Below are positions 19,401 to 28,771 of a stretch of 35,794 nucleotides of DNA, one piece after another. The position numbers and the translations under genes were made by a program. Numbering within the stretch: the stretch's first letter is position 1; each line of letters starts with the position of its first letter. The stretch spans positions 1 through 35,794 of the IMG/VR virus record IMGVR_UViG_3300032335_000196, one strand, 5' to 3'. This DNA is from a virus. Its lineage: Duplodnaviria > Caudoviricetes. The notes beneath the pieces are model-generated. The model saw only the letters and a list, made by a program, of their open reading frames with translations. It ran no database searches and was not told where the DNA came from.

Positions 19401-22233
19401 TAAAGCAATAGATGCATTGTCAGGTACAGAATATAACATGGTATATAGAGGTGGTGTTGATCCAACTGGCGCTAGAAATATACTTAGTTCTATTGGTCAA
19501 ACAGTTAAAGATTTGCCTGCATATAATTCAACCATTGTTAAAGAGGTACGTAATGCAACCTCTCTACTACCAGATAATATGAAAGCATTAGCTTTATCCT
19601 TTATGTCATTACCTCAAAAAGTAGATTTATTTGCAGATAGATTACCTGTATTACGAGACATACTTAAAATACTTGAAGTACGTGGTCATAGAGTTGAAGA
19701 GCTTCATAAAGAAGTAGAAGACATGACGTTTCAAGGTATCAACACACTTCAAGAAATGACCAAGAAGTATGGCCCACAAGTTGTTGATAAGTTTAATAAA
19801 ATTGGCTCAGAGTTATCTGCTAGAAAAATTGATCCTAGATTAACAGAATCACAACAAACTAACTGGGATGAAAAACTTATTAGAGCTTGGAAAAACCTGC
19901 CAGAAGAATTAACAAGCGATAAAATCATAGGTCAAAAAACAGTTTCAAGAATAGTTGATGGCGTTGAAGTTAAAGTTAAATTGCCTGTGCGTAAAGGTTT
20001 AGCATACCAAATAGCAGATAGATATGAAGAATATCGTCATCAAATTATAGATAATGTTGAAAGAGTTGCTGGTGGTAATATGGCCGCTGATCTTCGTAAA
20101 CGCTTTGAGAAAAATAAAATATCATTCTACTTACCATTAAGACGTAAAGGTAACTATCGTTTAGCTTACTTTGATAAATTTGGTAAAGAAAGAACTATTG
20201 AGCATTTTGAAACGCCTGCTGAATTAGAAAGAGCTAAAGAAAAAGCTGATAAAGCTGGAGCTACTAAGATCCAAACATCATTAATAACTAGACAAGTTAA
20301 TTATAAAGAAACACCGCCATTAGGTTTTGTTAAAGAAATTATTGATACCCTAGATAAGAGCATAGAATCTTCACCAGAAAAAGATGACCTTATTAATGAG
20401 ATATATAGTATGTATCTAAACTTATTCCCTGATGAATCTATTCGCCAACAAATGCAAGAGCGTCAAGGTATTCCAGGTTATATTGAAGATATTGTAGGTG
20501 GCTTTGCTGACACTGGCTCACGCCTATCTTTACAACTATCTAACTTAGAATATAAACCTCAACTTGATACTGCATTTAAAACATTAGATCAACAACAAAG
20601 AGAGTTTATTGATAAGCATGGTGATTTAAAAGAAAATGCCATGATATCTCAAGTGGTACAGGACATGAATGGACAAAGAAAGTTTATTGAAAACCCTGTA
20701 GCTGATTCGATATCTGCTCAATTAAGCTGGGTAAGTTATATCTGGAACATTGCAGGTAATGTATCTTCAGCTATTATCAACTTAACACAGGTTCCTATGG
20801 TAGTTATGCCTATGTTAGGCGGAGAATATACATGGAATGAAGCTTATGATGCATTAAGTACTGCTTATAAAATGTATTTCAAAGGCGGTTTATTCAACGA
20901 TAATAATAGAAACTTCTTACCTGATCATACCTTTGGCGCTAACTTAAAACCAGGTGATAAACACTATAAACTCTATCATGCTGCGCTAGGTCGTTCTACT
21001 ATACGTCGTGGTATTGGTTACGAACTTAATGAGTTAAGACAAAAATCAGCAGAAGATTTTACCGGAACTAAAGCTAAGATTTATACTAGCCTAGGTTGGA
21101 TATTCCAAAACTCTGAACGTATGAATAGAGAAGTAACTCTGATTGCTGCATATGACCTAGCTTTAAAAAAGAATGGTGGTAACGTAGACGCTGCGATTGA
21201 AAAAGCTATTGAAACAACTACCCGTGCACACTCTCATGCATTATCAGAAGCTGGTCCTAAAATGTTCCAAAATGGTATAGGTAAGGTAGCATTTACTTTC
21301 AAACGCTTTGCCCAAGCACAGATTTATAATATGGCTAGATTATTCTATGTAGCTACACGAGACATGCCAACTAAAGAACGTGAAATTGCACGTAAACAAT
21401 TTTTAGGTATTTTAGGCATGACGTATGTATTCTCAGGTCTACAAGGCTTACCAGTTTATGGTGGACTTAATATGTTGTCTTCAGCTATTGCAGGTATGTT
21501 TGGTGATGACGATGAACCATATGACTTTGATGAAGAAGTCCGTGAGATTTTTGGTGAAATTGGATACAAAGGCCCACTCAATAAACTTTTAAATATTGAT
21601 ATAGCAGCGAGAACAGGTTTCAATGGTATGGTATTCCACGACGATCCACGTCGTTTAGCTGAGGTTGGATTCGGTCCATACTTCATAGAACACTTCTTTG
21701 GCCCTGCATATCAAACATTAGCAGTTAATCCTACACGTGCTGCTAAATTATTTGATGAAGGCCAGACTGAAAGAGCAATTGAAACCTTGGTGCCATCAGC
21801 ACTTAAAAACATAATGAAAGGTTTTAGATTTGCAACTGAAGGTGCAACTACAACTAATGGTATTAAAATAATTGATGACCCTAATGCATATAATAACTTA
21901 CTACAGATATTTGGTTTCACTAATGCAGATTTGTCAGAAGCTTATACTCGTGCAAGCTCATTGAAAAAATATGAAAAACATATAATGGATCGCAGAACTC
22001 ATTTATTAGATACATATTACCTAGCTAAATCAAACGGTGATACAGAAATGATGAGTAAAATCAGAGATGATATGCGTACCTATAGTTCTAAAGTACCAGT
22101 AGGTATTAAGATTACTAGTGATACTATTTCAAGATCTGTTAGAGGTCACAAAGAAAGAGAAAAACAAGCTAGAGATGGCGTTGTTATTAGTAAGAAACTA
22201 AAGAATCAAGCCGTAGAAGAAGCAGGAGCTTAG
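16450..22233 (+). CDS. Large polyvalent ejection protein with zincin-like metallopeptidase motif
   Basis: 1927 aa. N-terminal GPDGK.Y...GP.GA, Ala/Gly-rich membrane-active region (EG.TEG.QE), TLLHEAVHA at 18952-18978 with downstream DEFIAE, and a helical C-terminal region (N.SSA.INLTQ, F.FK.F). Confidence 0.72.
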   Translation: MATYSIQGPDGKTYTIDGPDGASKEEVVAAIQRKSIEASTPRDYTLGEIVGKGFTRGTKQIGSALGDVLPAMLGSAVGADEYAKRQMEEAAATQEEIALRYAPQYGSTKDIQGVGDALKYALEAVSEQGPNIATSLIPGVGGAGVAGALARRGVVSAAETAAKEAGEAALTAGAKQALLKESAADIAKKQAMGMNLGVYLGSFSQNTPEVFQNIYNQTGELAPGAALLAGSVSSALDSALPAFILKKITGPAKVGLIEKILEDSGMQKGIIRKAVSALPEAAAMEGLTEGTQEAISMAAEQFISQNKDVFNSEGWNRIIESAIKGAVVGGVFGGTSGAIEGAKDKFTKPITPSTQEPTPGTEPAPTDLPPITPLSPSDVTINKALFVDEDLINTLGLPKNAGIVKRIKDLEINEDNATVIKAELSKYQGDDVVKENINKLFDRPEFQGVQIGQQPRGTTATGLGDDISVSNGSTKKAPAGKVADVDGAGVTGAGVDATELNARVEGSEAAETNTLTKSALDLLKSVAEGGVPAMMTNNLRKIAIDNGIKDITPAWTPNQVIEALQTKLAAAPAAPTIKINKAPEVLKQEPELTPEEITAANAPKKQTKYDYSGITPLLDRALKEGIISNENYQQAQKMMENDTFSPLEIAAQLENAQKQREAGVTGTGKKVLPPDQQKVANAWNNFSKRVKFDELVDQDQAVITDAFNNGKLDRDLVDEIIQDSGYYDYSKKDVSRDMSIVNTMEEHVDIHDAVKGSKTLGQALKNVLDKHSDMLLPAQSKLINRLLNVRKAVNAKFNHSPTKSSPLTTDDRIAVGHYTQNAHEVTLWQEGGLKTLLHEAVHAAAITEMYNHIVKSAKRSGNNYIKDARGRLIWEHKVKNNSPIGKQLFAIFNAAKEAAAKEKREYYGLTNIDEFIAETFSDPMFQLFLTRQPSVSNKPGSNLLQDFLNAVREMLGVPASQKTMFDDVVNLSPTLFKGKQNVLDKAIDALSGTEYNMVYRGGVDPTGARNILSSIGQTVKDLPAYNSTIVKEVRNATSLLPDNMKALALSFMSLPQKVDLFADRLPVLRDILKILEVRGHRVEELHKEVEDMTFQGINTLQEMTKKYGPQVVDKFNKIGSELSARKIDPRLTESQQTNWDEKLIRAWKNLPEELTSDKIIGQKTVSRIVDGVEVKVKLPVRKGLAYQIADRYEEYRHQIIDNVERVAGGNMAADLRKRFEKNKISFYLPLRRKGNYRLAYFDKFGKERTIEHFETPAELERAKEKADKAGATKIQTSLITRQVNYKETPPLGFVKEIIDTLDKSIESSPEKDDLINEIYSMYLNLFPDESIRQQMQERQGIPGYIEDIVGGFADTGSRLSLQLSNLEYKPQLDTAFKTLDQQQREFIDKHGDLKENAMISQVVQDMNGQRKFIENPVADSISAQLSWVSYIWNIAGNVSSAIINLTQVPMVVMPMLGGEYTWNEAYDALSTAYKMYFKGGLFNDNNRNFLPDHTFGANLKPGDKHYKLYHAALGRSTIRRGIGYELNELRQKSAEDFTGTKAKIYTSLGWIFQNSERMNREVTLIAAYDLALKKNGGNVDAAIEKAIETTTRAHSHALSEAGPKMFQNGIGKVAFTFKRFAQAQIYNMARLFYVATRDMPTKEREIARKQFLGILGMTYVFSGLQGLPVYGGLNMLSSAIAGMFGDDDEPYDFDEEVREIFGEIGYKGPLNKLLNIDIAARTGFNGMVFHDDPRRLAEVGFGPYFIEHFFGPAYQTLAVNPTRAAKLFDEGQTERAIETLVPSALKNIMKGFRFATEGATTTNGIKIIDDPNAYNNLLQIFGFTNADLSEAYTRASSLKKYEKHIMDRRTHLLDTYYLAKSNGDTEMMSKIRDDMRTYSSKVPVGIKITSDTISRSVRGHKEREKQARDGVVISKKLKNQAVEEAGA

Positions 22234-22446
22234 CTACTTAATTCGCCAAGCTCTCACCCCGAGACATCCATCCTTCTGCGTTACAAAAGATCTAACAATA
22301 ACTCCTGCACGTTTAGCCCCACAATCTAAAGCATAGATCATAGGTGAAGGCTTCAGCGTAGGGATAAAGAAACTATCCCCCACCAACATTGATTCGAACG
22401 GAAATAACCATTCAGGTTCTTTTTGATTATCCAATTTTAATATCAT
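22234..22446 (-). CDS. Small conserved phage protein, possibly DNA-binding
   Basis: FPF..M.VGDSFFIP...GVR.WR motif familiar from phage replication modules. Confidence 0.6.
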   Translation of the reverse strand: MILKLDNQKEPEWLFPFESMLVGDSFFIPTLKPSPMIYALDCGAKRAGVIVRSFVTQKDGCLGVRAWRIK

Positions 22447-25279
22447 CAGGTAATGTATTTAAGTCTATACGATAAACACGTGTTGCAGATTTACTTACGT
22501 CTTTCCAACTTGCATACATACGTTTAGTTATATCTCTACCTGCTTCAACTTTAATACCTAGTGCATTAATTTGGAATAAGAACTCTTTAGTGCTAATAAG
22601 CATTTCATTGAGATACTTATCAAACTCTGTTTTAGATATCCACATTGTATTAATATCATTTTCGACACGAATAGAGAATGCAGTTCTAGGTTCCATAACC
22701 ATCTTATTATCTTTGAATGCTAAAATGCCTGTATGGTTCTTATTCACATAGTCTGACAAGATTGATTCATAGTTAATGCTATTGACTTTAACTACGTTAT
22801 CACGGATTGCAATCATCTCACCAACGATGCGAGCATAAACTCTTTCAAGATCAAACTCTGTAATACCAGCTTTATTTGCTATTTCACCTGCAGTCATACT
22901 AGCTGCTACGATGTTCTCATAGAAACGATATGCTGTGTCTTGTCCAAAATCTTTCTCGAATCTTAAACACCATTTAATAATATTTCTACTAACCTCTTCT
23001 TCACCTTCACGGTAAACTGCTTTGATAAATTCAGGACCAGCCCATCCATAGTTAAATCTAAAGCTATCAAATATATCACGACCAGCTGATGCATCATCTT
23101 TAAACACTGCTGGTTTTCTAATTGATAACTCAATCAATCGAGCTACCTCGCCGTTAGGGTCTTTCTTCAATGTAGTTAATCTATCATATAAGGAATGATT
23201 AGAAGTAAAGATAGCTATCAAGGATGCTGACATTTCATGGTCTCGTTCTGCATTCACTGAAGCTTGCATACGGATCTTTGATTTACCTTGTGATATCTTA
23301 TGTAACAACTGCGATAATGTTTTAGGTAACATATTACCTACTTCATCTAGACCAAATGGAATATTATGTAGACCTAAGTAACGGCCTGTCATACCATTTT
23401 CTGTTGCATCTAGAATAGATAAGTCTTTAGGATTACCCCATACGCTAAGAGCACTATACAACGCACCTGTCTTAGCCGCACCGGATTCACCTGTTAAACA
23501 CATAGTCACACCTGATGTAGATGTGTAGTCCATAAGCACTGAACCCATACCTGCCAACATAGTAAAGGCATGAAGTTCTAAACTAGGTGTATTTAATTTA
23601 TTAGCTGCTATTTTCCAATCACCATATGTACCAGCTGTAGCTAAGTGTTTAGCTATGCCTCGGCATAAAGGTGATGTTGGAGATGATACTGCATTGCCAT
23701 CTCGTGTATATTCGCTTGCACCAATCACAAATGATTCTCTGTTAGGAGTCCATCCCATTTGCATTCTCATTACTTCTGCTGAACTTTTATTCATTAGATA
23801 TTGCCCCCATTTAATTATGTAACTCATCAAGTAACCTACCTCCTTATTTCCAGGATTAAACAACACACCCATACTTGCCATGATCTCTTTAAACTTCTCC
23901 ATTGCATAAACATACTTTAGAGGTAAGAGAAACTCTCGTTCAGGATCATTAGGTAGCATGGCCTTCATTAATAAACATTCGCCATCAGACACACTATAAA
24001 TTCGCTTAGTAGGATATATATCATATAGTGAAACTATAGTAGGTTCTCTAGGAATAGGAACTCCATCTGAGTCGTACTCCATAGGTGGCATATAATAAAT
24101 ACCTCCGTTCTTGCCATATACAAACGGTTGTAATTCTTGTGGTAACCCATTTAGTCTTGTTGATACTTTAAAGGGATCAGTTGTGCTCATCTGTGCTTGT
24201 GGGATATGTTCTATAACAGTCTCAACTACGGGTTCAGATAATTGCAACTCATTACTAATACCTAATGGATTAGCTGGTCTAATTACGCCTTTAAACTTAC
24301 ATCCATCACATCCGCCTGGATTAATTGAGTTAAACGTATCACAACTATATGGACTTAGTTTAACTCCTTTAGGATAAGCTTTCTCAATTGTAGCTTTAAC
24401 ACTATATTCAGGATGATCTTCTGACATCAAATGAATCGCAGTGTCTGCATCAGAACAACTTACCGCAATAGATAAACCTGCTCTCCATACGGGCTCAGTT
24501 AAATTCTTAGCATTCTCTAAGATAAACTTAATCTGATTACATCCTTCGCCTTGTGCACTCTTGATAGCTATGTCTGAAAACTTAGACTCGTAGTTATCTA
24601 ACTTCAACATTTTCTTTTGGTCTTCACTTAGGCCACGAGGTATGTTAGCTAATATATCTTCGTTAGCTTGTATGACTTCACCTAGAAAATCTTTAAACTG
24701 TTCAAAACTATATATAGGTATATCTTCATCCAACATCTTTGTAGGCATTGGAGGATCAGTCTTTTGATTAAATGTATCAGGGCATCGTAGGATACGAGCC
24801 AAGTCTGCCGTTACGACAGGGTCTATATTCAATCCATGTTTTAAACAATAATCTTTAAACTTCTCTGCGTAAGGTTTCCACTCTGCTGCAGGTACATCAT
24901 GGTCAAATATCCAGTATGCGTGAACACCACCACCTGAATCAATCCTCACTGGAGGAGGCAATTCATTATCTAGTACAAACTTAGATAGCGCATCTAGTGC
25001 AGTATCTTTAGACTCATAACCTTTACCTTCGCCCACATCCAAGTCAACAAAAAATGATTTAACATACTCAGCTTCATCAGCTTTTCTGCTATACCCTTTG
25101 AATGAACTTAGTGCTACGAAGATATTAGTCTTAGCATCTTTTTTAGATTCTACGAAGTCTTCTAACTCATCTATAGACTCTACAAATTTATGTTTAGTTA
25201 TCTTAGTTTGTGGGTCAATTGTAGCTACACAATATACCCCGGTAGATGGCAATGCTTTTTTATAAAATTCTGTTCTCAT
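22427..25279 (-). CDS. Primase-helicase fusion (AEP/RepB-type primase, Cys-containing linker, DUF927-like P-loop domain)
   Basis: FFVDLD, DSGGGVHAYW and D.ARILR.P.T.N primase motifs; C.......GCDGC; Walker A-like GESGAAKT and Walker B-like FGLDE. ATG at 25279 preferred; GTG at 25312 is possible. Confidence 0.8.
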   Translation of the reverse strand: MRTEFYKKALPSTGVYCVATIDPQTKITKHKFVESIDELEDFVESKKDAKTNIFVALSSFKGYSRKADEAEYVKSFFVDLDVGEGKGYESKDTALDALSKFVLDNELPPPVRIDSGGGVHAYWIFDHDVPAAEWKPYAEKFKDYCLKHGLNIDPVVTADLARILRCPDTFNQKTDPPMPTKMLDEDIPIYSFEQFKDFLGEVIQANEDILANIPRGLSEDQKKMLKLDNYESKFSDIAIKSAQGEGCNQIKFILENAKNLTEPVWRAGLSIAVSCSDADTAIHLMSEDHPEYSVKATIEKAYPKGVKLSPYSCDTFNSINPGGCDGCKFKGVIRPANPLGISNELQLSEPVVETVIEHIPQAQMSTTDPFKVSTRLNGLPQELQPFVYGKNGGIYYMPPMEYDSDGVPIPREPTIVSLYDIYPTKRIYSVSDGECLLMKAMLPNDPEREFLLPLKYVYAMEKFKEIMASMGVLFNPGNKEVGYLMSYIIKWGQYLMNKSSAEVMRMQMGWTPNRESFVIGASEYTRDGNAVSSPTSPLCRGIAKHLATAGTYGDWKIAANKLNTPSLELHAFTMLAGMGSVLMDYTSTSGVTMCLTGESGAAKTGALYSALSVWGNPKDLSILDATENGMTGRYLGLHNIPFGLDEVGNMLPKTLSQLLHKISQGKSKIRMQASVNAERDHEMSASLIAIFTSNHSLYDRLTTLKKDPNGEVARLIELSIRKPAVFKDDASAGRDIFDSFRFNYGWAGPEFIKAVYREGEEEVSRNIIKWCLRFEKDFGQDTAYRFYENIVAASMTAGEIANKAGITEFDLERVYARIVGEMIAIRDNVVKVNSINYESILSDYVNKNHTGILAFKDNKMVMEPRTAFSIRVENDINTMWISKTEFDKYLNEMLISTKEFLFQINALGIKVEAGRDITKRMYASWKDVSKSATRVYRIDLNTLPDDIKIG

Positions 25280-25377
25280 ATTGCATTCGCTTTCTATATT
25301 TTTAGACAACACTACCCCGCCACAATAAATTGTGTTTTTTGAAATTTACTACGGGGTATTCCTATTCTACTACTTTT

Positions 25378-25689
25378 TTATATCTTGTCGATACGTATCG
25401 CACTTAAATAATTTTTAGCAACGTTCATATCAGGTGCGGGTAATATACCTTTATCTAATGCATCATTTACTTTATCAATAAACTTTGCTATCCGTTGATA
25501 ATTTTTATCTCTAACGTATTGACCTCTGAACCAACTATGTATAGACATGCGAGATACATTAAATGCCTCTGCAACGTATGTCGTAGGGAGATTTGCTTTT
25601 ACACAAACCTTTCCTAGTTGAACGCCTATCCTTGTCGGGTCAGCTCTATTTAAACCTAACTTAAACTCTTCACTATATGGTCTTGCCAT
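25378..25689 (-). CDS. Helix-turn-helix DNA-binding protein (Cro/XRE-like)
   Basis: TTYVAEAFNVSRMSIHSWFRG is an HTH pattern. AGGAG RBS. Confidence 0.7.
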   Translation of the reverse strand: MARPYSEEFKLGLNRADPTRIGVQLGKVCVKANLPTTYVAEAFNVSRMSIHSWFRGQYVRDKNYQRIAKFIDKVNDALDKGILPAPDMNVAKNYLSAIRIDKI

Positions 25690-25699
25690 ACTATTCTCC

Positions 25700-26572
25700 T
25701 TATGACTTCGCGCCCCACTTATTAATAATGCTACTTACATCATTAACTTTAGCGGGTTGTGGTTGTGTAGGAGCTTCCCTTTTTACAGGTTCAGCAATAG
25801 GTTCAGCTTGCTCTACTACAGGGTCAGCTTCAACGCCTGGTGTGCTTAGTGTAGGTTGCAACACATGAACCTCAGCTTCAGGAGCTTGATATACACGTAA
25901 CTCAATGTAACTCTTAGCTTCTTCTGTTTGACCTAGTTCTCTTAACTGAGCTTGCATTTCAGGTGGTACTGCACCGTTCGGTTTAAATAAAACACGTGGA
26001 TGTTGTACCGCTGTATCAAATTGCATCTTAGTTACAACGACTTCATTGTTAATACCAGCCGCTCCTAAGAATTGTATATATGGTCTAAACGGACGCTTAT
26101 CTTCAACACCTTCACCAAAACAAGACTTAGATGGTAGTGTTAACTGAATAAGTTCTGAAGGATTACTTGGTAATGCAATCGCAGTTCTCCATGCTAACTT
26201 ACATGACGGTTGTGCGCCTCTGATACTATGAGGACATTGATCACATTTAGGTGCTTGTGGATTCTTTACATCTTTATCAGGCGTTCTAGAATCACTTGAC
26301 CAACATAAGATTTTAGATTTCTTAGTAGGGTCATAGCTACCATCATAAAAAGTTCTTGATGCGCTAGGTGCCATACGAACAAAAATAACATCCATACTAC
26401 GTTCATCAATCTTAGCTACTTCTTTACCATTAACCATCTTACGAAATACACCACCTTCGATAGACAATCTTTTATTATTGGATCTACCGGCAACGGCCAA
26501 CATGTCTTGATTAAGTCCTGATGGCGACGCTAATGACATTTGTTGTAGTTGTGCTATTAAATCTGTACTCAT
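25700..26572 (-). CDS. Replication-module protein, possibly ssDNA-binding/annealing, with Cys cluster
   Basis: RLSI.GG.FR, CWS.D...PD, CDQCP...C motifs and a flexible Pro/Glu-rich tail ending in W. AGGAG RBS. Function inferred from position only. Confidence 0.5.
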   Translation of the reverse strand: MSTDLIAQLQQMSLASPSGLNQDMLAVAGRSNNKRLSIEGGVFRKMVNGKEVAKIDERSMDVIFVRMAPSASRTFYDGSYDPTKKSKILCWSSDSRTPDKDVKNPQAPKCDQCPHSIRGAQPSCKLAWRTAIALPSNPSELIQLTLPSKSCFGEGVEDKRPFRPYIQFLGAAGINNEVVVTKMQFDTAVQHPRVLFKPNGAVPPEMQAQLRELGQTEEAKSYIELRVYQAPEAEVHVLQPTLSTPGVEADPVVEQAEPIAEPVKREAPTQPQPAKVNDVSSIINKWGAKS

Positions 26573-26586
26573 AATTTTCTCCTTAA

Positions 26587-27015
26587 TTAACTTGCTCTTC
26601 TAACTGTTGCTCTATACTCTCTCATAGAACTAATTCCTGGAGGTAAACCTTCCTCACTATGATTAAGCATGTATTCATTAAAATTACTTTGTTGTAGTCT
26701 TTGTGATAATAATTCTAGCGCGCCTTGTTGTAAAACAAACTGCTTAAACTCATCCCAATTACTACATGTGTATTGTTCTTTAATCGATCTTGTTACAGTA
26801 CCAGCACTAGTGCGAATACTACTAGCTCCTACTTTATCGCACTCGTCTAATAAAACAATTTCAATTTGCTTTAACTCTTCTTCTAACTGACCACTTTTTA
26901 ATTGATACTCGGTATACAGTTTACTCTTCGCATCCCTTATTGTCAAATATACTTTGACTAATTCGTCAATCTTAGGGTTATCGTGAGGTACATCCATTAC
27001 TTGTTCTTCACTCAT
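26587..27015 (-). CDS. Conserved coiled-coil phage protein
   Basis: LVKVYL.IRD...S.RT..GT...W..F..F.......LL..R......LPPG pattern common in this kind of module. AGGAG RBS. Confidence 0.65.
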   Translation of the reverse strand: MSEEQVMDVPHDNPKIDELVKVYLTIRDAKSKLYTEYQLKSGQLEEELKQIEIVLLDECDKVGASSIRTSAGTVTRSIKEQYTCSNWDEFKQFVLQQGALELLSQRLQQSNFNEYMLNHSEEGLPPGISSMREYRATVRRAS

Positions 27016-27161
27016 TTTTTAAATCTCCTTCGTTGGTTTTCTAATTGATCTAACTCGTATAACACTTCAAACAATATAATTACTATAAACCCAAGCCACC
27101 ACTTATATGAAGCATTAAAGTTATACAGCAAAAACGCTGCCATAAAATTATTTAATATCAC
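27012..27161 (-). CDS. Small membrane protein (49 aa), not in the ORF track
   Basis: Translates as MILNNFMAAFLLYNFNASYKWWLGFIVIILFEVLYELDQLENQRRRFKK. GTGA overlap with the helicase stop and ATGA overlap with the next start exactly fill the gap. Confidence 0.65.
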   Translation of the reverse strand: MILNNFMAAFLLYNFNASYKWWLGFIVIILFEVLYELDQLENQRRRFKK

Positions 27162-28723
27162 GACTCTAATTCCTCTCTATATAAATCTACTAGTTTGGTG
27201 TGTAAATCTACTTTGCCTTGCAACATCTTATACATCTTTCTTTCTACCTCTGAACCTTGTAAGTGAACCACTGTCATTTTATTAACCTGACCTACACGAT
27301 CCATACGTGCGATACATTGTAAGTATGTTTCAACTGACATCACCGGAGACCAAAAGACAACTGTGTCAGCTCTTGTTAATGTCACACCATGTGATGCGGC
27401 TTGAGGTTGAATAATTAATACTCGTGGATCATCCATAGATTGGAACTGATTAATAATACTTGCGCGTTGCGTTGCTGATACACTGCCTTGTATAACTTGG
27501 TTATTAATATTATGTTCTGTTAAATACCTAGCTAACAATTCAATCGTATGTCTATACGGTACAAATATAATAATCTTATTCTCTGTCTCTTCTATAACTT
27601 CCATCAGTGCATTTAATCTAGGCGTTACATCAAACTCAATAACTTCATGTTCATCTGTATATACTGCACCACCTGATATTTGTAATAATTTATTAAGACC
27701 TGCAGCTGCATTGACTGCACTAACTTGTGTACCTGCAGCTTCAATCATCATCTGATCTTTAAGTTGTTTATAATACTTTTGTACTTGTGCTGATAGTGGT
27801 ATGTCACGTGTCTGATACATAACATCAGGTAGGTCAAGACATTCATCTTTAGCAAATCTAATTGCAGGTTGTAATACTTTAAATACTTCATGCCGTGCGT
27901 TAGGTCTAGGTACCCATTTAAAACGTGTAATCTGTTGCATTACTTTGTCACGCCATGCCATACCAAATTTAGGTACGTTCTGCGGACACACAAGTTTAGC
28001 TAGACCATATGCATCGACAGGAGATTGTGAAGCCGGTGTACCTGTCATCATCCAAAGTCTTGTCTCAGGTTTTAAAAGTTTAGCTAGGGTTTTCCAACGG
28101 GATGTGCTCGGTGTTTTATAAGCATTAGCTTCGTCAATAATAATTAAATCAAATCCGCCGTTCTTAATTTCATCTGCAACAATCTTAACGCCATCATAAT
28201 TAATAATAACAAACTCATATCCACCATTAATAATTTTTGCACGTTTCTTAGAATCACCGTGTGCAACTGCAACTGAACGATGCATTGCTGTATTTAAAAT
28301 ATCTGTTTGCCATGCTGAGAACATAATAGATAAAGGACAAATAACTAATGCTCTTTTAACTTCGCCTAACGACATTAGATAATCGGTTGCCCAGATAACT
28401 GAAGAAGTTTTACCTGTACCAGCTTCGTTAAAACAGAATGCTCTTTGGTGTACTGATAAGAACTCAGCGGTTACACGTTGATGATCAAACGGTTTATATA
28501 AGCCGGGATAGTTATAGTCACGCTTAATAGGTGAAGGTAATGTTTCTTTGAAGTTAACTATCTGATGTAGCTTAGTCATTTCAGGTACACCCCAATACAC
28601 TAACATCTCTGCTAGGTTATCTCGGTACTGAAGTACTTCGGATTTTTGTATATTTTTAGTTATGTGTGGAGCGATGTGCTCTGACACTGTGATTTTTACT
28701 GCTTGATTTTGTATGATTTCCAT
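27158..28723 (-). CDS. SF2 (SNF2-like) DNA helicase
   Basis: GTGKT (motif I), ICPLS (Ia), IIIDEAN (II), MTGTP (III), HGVTLT (V), QCIARMDRVGQ (VI). Confidence 0.9.
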   Translation of the reverse strand: MEIIQNQAVKITVSEHIAPHITKNIQKSEVLQYRDNLAEMLVYWGVPEMTKLHQIVNFKETLPSPIKRDYNYPGLYKPFDHQRVTAEFLSVHQRAFCFNEAGTGKTSSVIWATDYLMSLGEVKRALVICPLSIMFSAWQTDILNTAMHRSVAVAHGDSKKRAKIINGGYEFVIINYDGVKIVADEIKNGGFDLIIIDEANAYKTPSTSRWKTLAKLLKPETRLWMMTGTPASQSPVDAYGLAKLVCPQNVPKFGMAWRDKVMQQITRFKWVPRPNARHEVFKVLQPAIRFAKDECLDLPDVMYQTRDIPLSAQVQKYYKQLKDQMMIEAAGTQVSAVNAAAGLNKLLQISGGAVYTDEHEVIEFDVTPRLNALMEVIEETENKIIIFVPYRHTIELLARYLTEHNINNQVIQGSVSATQRASIINQFQSMDDPRVLIIQPQAASHGVTLTRADTVVFWSPVMSVETYLQCIARMDRVGQVNKMTVVHLQGSEVERKMYKMLQGKVDLHTKLVDLYREELES

Positions 28724-28730
28724 ATGTGTA

Positions 28731-28760
28731 ACTATATATCAGCTACATAATGTATGTCAA
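28731..28760 (-). promoter_or_regulatory. Putative sigma70 promoter of the helicase operon, with a palindromic spacer
   Basis: On the - strand: TTGACA (28760-28755), 18 nt, TATAGT (28736-28731), with an A/T-rich tract upstream. The spacer contains TACAT-N-ATGTA. Confidence 0.65.
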
Positions 28761-28771
28761 GTACTATTTTA

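Noticed and set aside
484-21920. Other antisense or nested ORFs in the structural arm (e.g. 2416-2874, 5952-6254, 17361-17702, 17796-18242)
   Set aside because: They lie wholly inside long motif-bearing genes and are explained by codon bias on the coding strand.
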